From Macrostomum lignano (Eukaryota): a stretch of 64,000 bases of DNA. The first letter of the stretch is position 1, and each line of letters starts with the position of its first letter. Positions 57,622-64,000 of this stretch are shown here, in pieces. The stretch lies in NCBI GenBank assembly GCA_002269645.1, contig NIVC01003591.1, positions 60,820-124,819 on the forward strand, written 5' to 3'. Position numbers and translations under genes: made by a program. The notes beneath the pieces are model-generated. The model did not search any database. It had not been told where the DNA came from and saw nothing but the letters and a program-made list of their open reading frames with translations.

Positions 57622-59875
57622 TCAGTCCAGGACCTTCTCCATCTGTGGGTTCTTCATGTTGCCGCGGCAGGCCGTCACCGGAATCAGCGGATGCTGCGTG
57701 GTCTTCAGGTAGTCCTGCGGTTCGAAATGGACCAGCTGTCTAGTAGAGAGCCTCATCGTGGGGTCTTGTGAGAGACTATCTTAAACGCTGGGGTGCAGAT
57801 TAGCTCAGCGGGTAATGCATACTATAACTCTCTGAATTTGAACTCCAAAGGCACAGCCCCCCCCACCGCACAAACTAACTTAATAAAGTTATCTCAAACT
57901 CGAGCAATCACTCACATGAGCATACTGCAGCGCGTTCATCTTCTCAGCGTCCGAGGCCCTGGCGCCGACGTATACGAAAATTTCCACGCCGGTGTCGATG
58001 ATGTACACATCCTGGACGTGCGAACGGTCAAGTATGTGATGATCTGCAACCAATACTACTCATAAAGTAGCTGAGAACTAAAGTTACGCTTACATCCTCA
58101 TTGATCATGGACCTGGGGCAGTTGCCTTCAGAGACCAGCGAGTACTGCAGCTTGCCCGACTCGTCCGACAGCCTATGGATAAGATGAGACGGTGAGATGA
58201 GTGAGATAGAGAGAGAATGGGTGAGAGCGCGGGACTGAAGCCCGTGCGGAGGATGGGGTGGGTGCGGGACTGAAACATGTGCGGAGGATGGGGTGGTGCG
58301 GGACTGAAACCTGTGCGGAGGATGGGGTGGGTGCTGGACTGAAACCTGTGCGGAGGATAAGGTGGGTGCGGGACTGAAACATGTGCGGAGGATGGGGTGG
58401 GTGCGGGACTGAAGCCCGTGCGGAGGATAAGGTGGGTGCGGGACTGAAGCCCGTGCGGAGGATGGGGTGGGTGCAAGACAGGCCAGCATCAGCCAACAGA
58501 TGCGCACCTGAACATGGCCTTCTTGCCGCTGCGCACATCGCTTTTCACCTCCGAGGATTTCTTGGCGTAGGGCACGTCCGGCAGGCTCTGGTAGAACTTG
58601 TGCTCGGAGCCGATGCTGTTCTCATCCAGGGTGAAAGTCTGCGTCTTGCCGTGGCGCTCATTCTCCAGCTGCTGCAGGAAAGCGGCGGCCTTGATGCGCT
58701 CGTCCTTGTTGCAGGTTTTGCCGTTCCACTGGTAGGCGGTGCGGCCGAGGTCCAGGATGAAGACGTCATTGGAGTTGAGAGCTTTCCTGGTCAGCTTGAC
58801 CTCCTTGACCTCGATGTTGCGCCGGACTCCGCAGAAGTGCAGCAGTCGGGGCTTGTACTCCTCAGGCTTCACCTGCCGAAAGCCGGTGGCGCAGCCGCCC
58901 TTGAGATAACTTTCGGCGCAGCGAGAGGTTGGGAAAGTGGATTTTTAATCTAGCAAAAATGGAAGAAAGACTACAGTAAACTGAGAATCTAGCCTGACAT
59001 GGATGTAGGGCATAGAATGGATTGCTAATCTAGCCCACTCGCTTACGTGATGGTCTTGAAGTAGGACTTGAACATCGAGGACTCGTGCTCCTGAACCTCG
59101 CGATGCTGTACGGCCTTGTCGTCCAGGAAGGTGTCCAGCTCCACGGTCTTGTAGGCGGCCGTGCCGTACTCGTCCTGATTGAGGACATTCAAGGATTTAA
59201 GCTTAATGAAACGCTAACTGCTAGTGCTACATCTAGTGCTCAAAAGCTCCCGCACCTGAGTGCTGTGCTTTCCAATCCAGAAGTGCACATCGTAGAGCAG
59301 CTCATCACCGTCGGGGTCCTTGTACACATTGAGCACGATGTAGGAGTCGCCGCTGAAGAACTTGCCGTAATCCTCCTTGGGCCAGGCCTTTACTTTGAAC
59401 TTCTCGATGCGCCACACGAAGAGCTCGTCGCTGGTGCACTCCTTCACCGGCTGCCAGGCCGTCTCGACCTCGGACGCGGCCTCTGCGGGCAAAAATTATT
59501 CCAAGTCAGTTTTTGTCTGACTTGGTCAACTTCCGACCTTGTGGACTTTCGAAGTTTAAAGGAAGCAACAAGTACGTGCTTTGTCCAAGGTTGATCTACG
59601 ATTAAGACTCAAGACACGCTAGTGATGACCGAAACGGATTTCTTGAATCCACTATATTGAAGTAAACATCCCCACAGCTGAAGTTTCTATAAGAATCTAC
59701 CAGTGACCAGTGACTCTTCAACTTGGCCTACTTGAACGCTTCTGGCTACAATGAGGTAGCTTAACCTACAACAGCATGATTCATTAATGACCTCACTTTT
59801 CACATCCTTCTCGGTCTTGCTGCCGAACAGAGCAAGGTTGGAGTCTTTCCAGTCGTACTTCTGCGGCTTCTGCAT
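57622..59875 (-). CDS. Three-domain gelsolin-family actin-severing protein (severin/fragmin-like), 7 exons, 367 aa
   Basis: Exons 59875-59797, 59482-59256, 59174-59047, 58909-58508, 58172-58094, 58011-57916 and 57714-57622, all GT-AG with matching phases (1104 nt). Motifs: [68 protein letters not shown]. Confidence 0.95.
58230..58475. repeat. Intronic G-rich minisatellite, about 35-nt unit (about 7 copies)
   Basis: GCGGGACTGAAGCCCGTGCGGAGGATGGGGTGGGT in gelsolin intron 4. Confidence 0.9.
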
Positions 59876-59969
59876 TGCTTCGCTTGCTTGAAACACAGAA
59901 GAGTTTCTAGGCTGAAGAAGAAGAGAGCCTGGCAGTAAAAGCGGCCGGGGTCTGTCGGTGCAGCGGCTG

Positions 59970-59976
59970 TTTTATA
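59970..59976 (-). promoter_or_regulatory. Candidate TATA box of the gelsolin-like gene
   Basis: TATAAAA on the minus strand about 95 nt upstream of the ATG. Confidence 0.45.
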
Positions 59977-60754
59977 TGCGCGGTTTTTTGCGATGGGCAG
60001 CCCCAGCCAGCCAGCTGCAGGGTGGGAGTTGCGACTGGCTGGAAGAAACAAACGACGGCGCGCGAAAGAAAAAAGGATCGATAGAAAAGTAAAAAGGCAA
60101 CCCAGCTGTGGGTGAGAGGCCGCAACGTGCAGATCGCATTATTTAGGCTGGACATGTACACGAGAGCTGGCGCATTGCACACTCGTGGCTGGAACTGCGC
60201 TGGCCCGGAGGGGGTGGGTGCCGCGGACCAGCAAACCTCTGTCTGGCCTGGGGATGGAAAGCAAGTTGAGGCTCCCAGGCCCCAAGCAATGATCGAAGCG
60301 AGCGAAGCCGAAAATTTTGCGCCCTCGGACAGGCATTCGCAGATGTTGGCCCCCGGTTTACAACTCTTGCCTTCTCTCCTACCTGGCAAAGGTGCGCGGT
60401 GCTCCATTGCCACTCGAACTTTATCGATCCACCGAGCACCGCTTTCTGCCCAAAAACCAGCGCGACATGAAATATGACCAGTGGCCGCTGCACTTTGTGT
60501 ATACCAGATTAAGATAATGATGACAAACCGCGCTGAACTTCTTCGGAACTAAATAAATTGAAGAGCCGACCTTTGATTTCAGAAACCGAGACTCGGCTTG
60601 GCACAATTTTCAACAGAAATTCCGGTCGGTTTTCGCCAACTTTATGGCGCAATAATAAAACTGCAGAATACTGCAGCGCAACTCACTTTGGTAACTTACC
60701 AATGCGCGTTGAAATAGGTTATGCACTGTGCTACGTTGCCTTACGCTATTAAAC

Positions 60755-61180
60755 ACCTGACACTATTCAGCACAGCCTGACACAATTCAGCACAGCCTGA
60801 CACAATTTAGAACAGCCTGACACAATTCAGCACCTGACACTATACAGCACAGCCTGACACAATTCAGCACAGCCTGACACTATTCAGCACATGACACTAT
60901 TCAGCACAGCCTGACACAATTCAGCACAGCCTGACACAATTCAGCACAGCCTGACACTATTCAGCACAGCCTGACACAATTCAGCACAGCGTGACACTAT
61001 TCAGCACAGCCTGACACTATTCAACACATTGACATTACACGACTCGTATTTAACACCTGGCACTATATTCAACACCTGACACTATATTTAACATCTCCTG
61101 ACACTATATTGAAAATCTCCTGACACTATATTCAACACCTGACACTATCTTGAACATCTCCTGACACTATATTGAAAATG
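60755..61180. repeat. Minisatellite, about 20-nt unit CAGCACAGCCTGACACAATT, decaying to the right
   Basis: Direct periodicity. Confidence 0.9.
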
Positions 61181-61259
61181 AGGCAGCGCTGGATTCTGCC
61201 GCTGTACTTTTGACTAGTGGCTAGCTGATTAACTATTGAAATATTGACTGTACATCCAG

Positions 61260-64000
61260 TGTACCACCACCCCGGCTTCGTGTCCCGTGCGCCCCGCCAC
61301 CCCAGTGCGTTAATAATTATATATTGAGCATCGTTTGTGTTAGCATCGTTTATGAATAATATATCGAAACTGAGATATCGTTTATTTTACCAAATCATCG
61401 TGCCACTCAGGTGAACTCTTAGTTAAACGACGCGACAATGTCGTCGCAAGCAGGATCCGAACCTGCGCGGGAAACCCATCAAAAAGCTAACAGACTCGGA
61501 TGAGGCTCGGGACAAAACTGACCTATTCTTATCTAAGGCCGGCCTTCAGGCAATTCGCACGCTATCTCTAATGGCAGCACCAAAAAAACTTGATGAGATG
61601 AAATTCGATGACATCAAAAAGCTCGTTGACGAGACGATCCGGCCGAAAAAATCACTTGTAATTGCCGAACGCACCAGATTCCTCAGCCTGAAGCAGGAAT
61701 CGGGTGAGACCGTCATAGCCTACTACCGGAGGCTGAGGGCTGCTACGTCACACTGCGAGTTTGAAAAGCTGGGCAGCAAGCAGACAAAGGAGGACGACAT
61801 GATTACCATGCGATTAATTGACGGCCTCAACTCCTCAGAGCACAAAAAAAGAAACTTGGAGCGCCTACAAAACGAAGATGGAGAAACGCCACTCGACAGG
61901 ATTTTGCAGAATTTGCAGCAGCTTGAGCAGATCCGTGACTACAACACGGGAGCACGAGAAATGCCCGCAGACGAATTGCCCGCCGAGATTTGCCCGCAGG
62001 AGATTTGCCCGTGGAGATTTGCCCGTGGAGATTTGCCCGCCGAGCTTTTCCCGCGGAGATTTGCCCGCAGTGCATTTTGCCCGTGAGCGAATTGCCCGTG
62101 GAGATTTGCCCGCCGAGAATTGCCCGCCGAGGTTTGCCCGCAATGCAATTTTCCCGCGAGTGAATTGCCCGCGAGCGAATTGCCCGCCGAGTTTTTTCCC
62201 GCCGAGGTTTGCCCGCGATCCTTTTTTGCAGCGCATTTGGCAGCTAGATTCTGTCTATACATTGCTACCCCCAAAATATGCATTTGATATGCAGTTACTA
62301 TCAAAACGTTTTGATCGTGTAAATCTCTTTATTGAGATTAACACGTACTAAGCATGGGAAGGCAATGCAGACAAAATCTGCCGCGTCGCCAAATGCGCTG
62401 CTGGAAAAAATCATTGAATCATTGCGGGCAAACCTCGGCGGGAAAAAACTCGGCGGGCAACTCGCTCGCGGGCAATTCACTCGCGGGCAAATTGCACTGC
62501 GGGCAAATCTCGGCGGGCAATTCTCGGCGGGCAAATCTCATGGACCCCTACAACACGCCGGCTCCTGCTGACATCGCCTTCGCCGGTCAACAGAGGGAGT
62601 CTCCTCACCTGCCAAGCCGCAGCCGTCAATCAAATGCGGGTTCTGTGGTGCCAATCACCCGAGAGGCAACTGCCCAGCCTACGGCAAAAAATGCTTCAAG
62701 TGCCAAAAAAGAAATCACTTTGCGGCTGTCTGCAGATCGCGAGCTGTCCATCAGGAAATCGCACTCGATGCAGAAGAAGCAGACGTGTATACTCTCAGTC
62801 CCAGAGCTAAAGTGGGCCTTTTCAAGACCATCAAAATCAACGGCCAGGGCATCTCAATGCAAGTCGACACCGGAGCTGAGGTCAGCTTGATTCCGCAGAA
62901 CCTCTGGCGCCAGCTGGGCCAGCCCACCCTGCGCAAGTGAAGGAGAATTCTCTGGCAGTTCGACGGCTCCAGCATCGCCTGCCTCGGGGAATTCAATGCG
63001 TCACTCGAGACCAACTCGAAATTCGTCACGATTGACTTGGTTGTCACCGCCGCGGAGCAGAAGCATGGAAGAAGCATGCTTGGCATGGACAACATCAAGC
63101 TCCAAGAAGACGCGGTCACCATCAACGCGGTCCAGCAGCTCGGGTGCCTCAAAGGGTTCAAAGCTAAGATTAGACTGGTGGAAGGAGCCAAAGCGTTCTA
63201 TTGTGCTGCCCGATCTGTGCCGCTACACCTCAGAGACTTGGTGGTGCGCGAGCTGCAGAGAATGGAATCCGAGGGTATCATTGAGGCGGTCCCTCCCGGA
63301 GGCAGCCAGTGGGCATCGCCTATTGTCAACGTGCTCAAACCAAATGGAAAGGTTCGTGTCTGTGCCGATTTTAAAGCTGGTGTCAATCACCAGATATGCA
63401 ATGACACCTACCCGATCCCGGAGATGGAGACGATTTTTTCTGAGATAGCAGGCATGTCGCACTTTGCTAAACTGGATCTCTCTGATGCTTATCTGCAAAT
63501 CGAGCTCGATGAAGATAGCCGAGAGGTGACGACAATCGCGACACCTTTGGGTCTCTTCCGCTACAAAAGGCTGGTTCCCGGGCTGAAATCTGCATCGGCC
63601 ATTTTCCAGAAAGCCTTGGAAACAATCCTACAGGATGTCAGCAACAAGATTGTCTACCAGGATGACGTCCTCCTGGGAGCGAAATCCAACGCCGAATTAA
63701 GGAGCAAAGTGCAGCACGTTCTCCAGACGATGCGAGCTGCTGGAATGGCAACGGAGGTCAGATTCCTCGGCTACAGCATCAGCGCGAGCGGGATCACCCC
63801 GGACCCCAATCTGGTCGGAAAAATTCGCTCCGTGAACTCGCCGAAGGACAGAAAGCAGCTCTAATCGTTTCTAGGACTTTCCAACTTCTTCGGGAGGTTT
63901 ATTAAGAACTACTCTGACGTCATAGAACCGCTCAATCAACTCCGGGGCCGAAACGTTGAGTTCGTCTGGGGCCCAACCCAGGAAGCTGCCTTCACGCGAA
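61260..64000 (+). mobile_element. Decayed Ty3/Gypsy (Mag-like) LTR retrotransposon, 5' part
   Basis: Candidate short LTR TG..CA at 61260-61437 and a tRNA-complementary PBS at 61439. gag AERTRF..KQESGET (61571 onward), Cys/His knuckles CGFCGANH...C and CFKCQKRNHFAAVC, protease VDTGAEVS, RT WASPIV, DLSDAYLQ, GLFRY, YQDD. In-frame stops at about 62940 and 63864. Confidence 0.9.
61948..62547. mobile_element. Mutator/foldback-like non-autonomous element (600 bp) inserted in the Gypsy gag
   Basis: 9-bp target duplication CTACAACAC (61939-61947 and 62548-62556); GGG...CCC ends; long inverted arms built from TTGCCCGC/GCGGGCAA subrepeats. Confidence 0.85.

Noticed and set aside
61439-61520. tRNA-Ser gene on the minus strand
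   Set aside because: Only the 3' half is present and it directly follows an LTR end, so it is a primer-binding site.

Overview
Eukaryotic (invertebrate animal) genomic DNA with spliceosomal introns, GC-rich coding exons and about 11 kb (roughly 17%) of tandem repeat. The overall character suggests a free-living flatworm such as Macrostomum, but this is an inference I cannot confirm. Host genes: the 5' part of a Pro/Ala/Ser-rich protein gene running off the left edge; a complete 6-exon SLC2A/GLUT sugar transporter (562 aa); four tandem intronless secreted PAN-like + C-type-lectin genes (one frameshifted); a partial small secreted-protein gene; an ankyrin-repeat + Mab-21/cGAS-like nucleotidyltransferase (cGLR) gene; and a complete 7-exon three-domain gelsolin/severin-like gene (367 aa). 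Mobile DNA: two decayed DIRS/Ngaro-type tyrosine-recombinase retrotransposon copies, a solo LTR, three non-autonomous TIR elements, a P/THAP9-like transposase pseudogene, a tRNA-headed SINE family, a probable Polinton/adintovirus penton remnant and a decayed Ty3/Gypsy element at the right edge. The two best leads are (1) the approximately 15-ankyrin cGLR, whose two ORFs are joined by a 70-nt intron into one protein with an intact catalytic triad, and (2) the lectin array, which is hypervariable at the ligand-binding loops and mosaic between copies.
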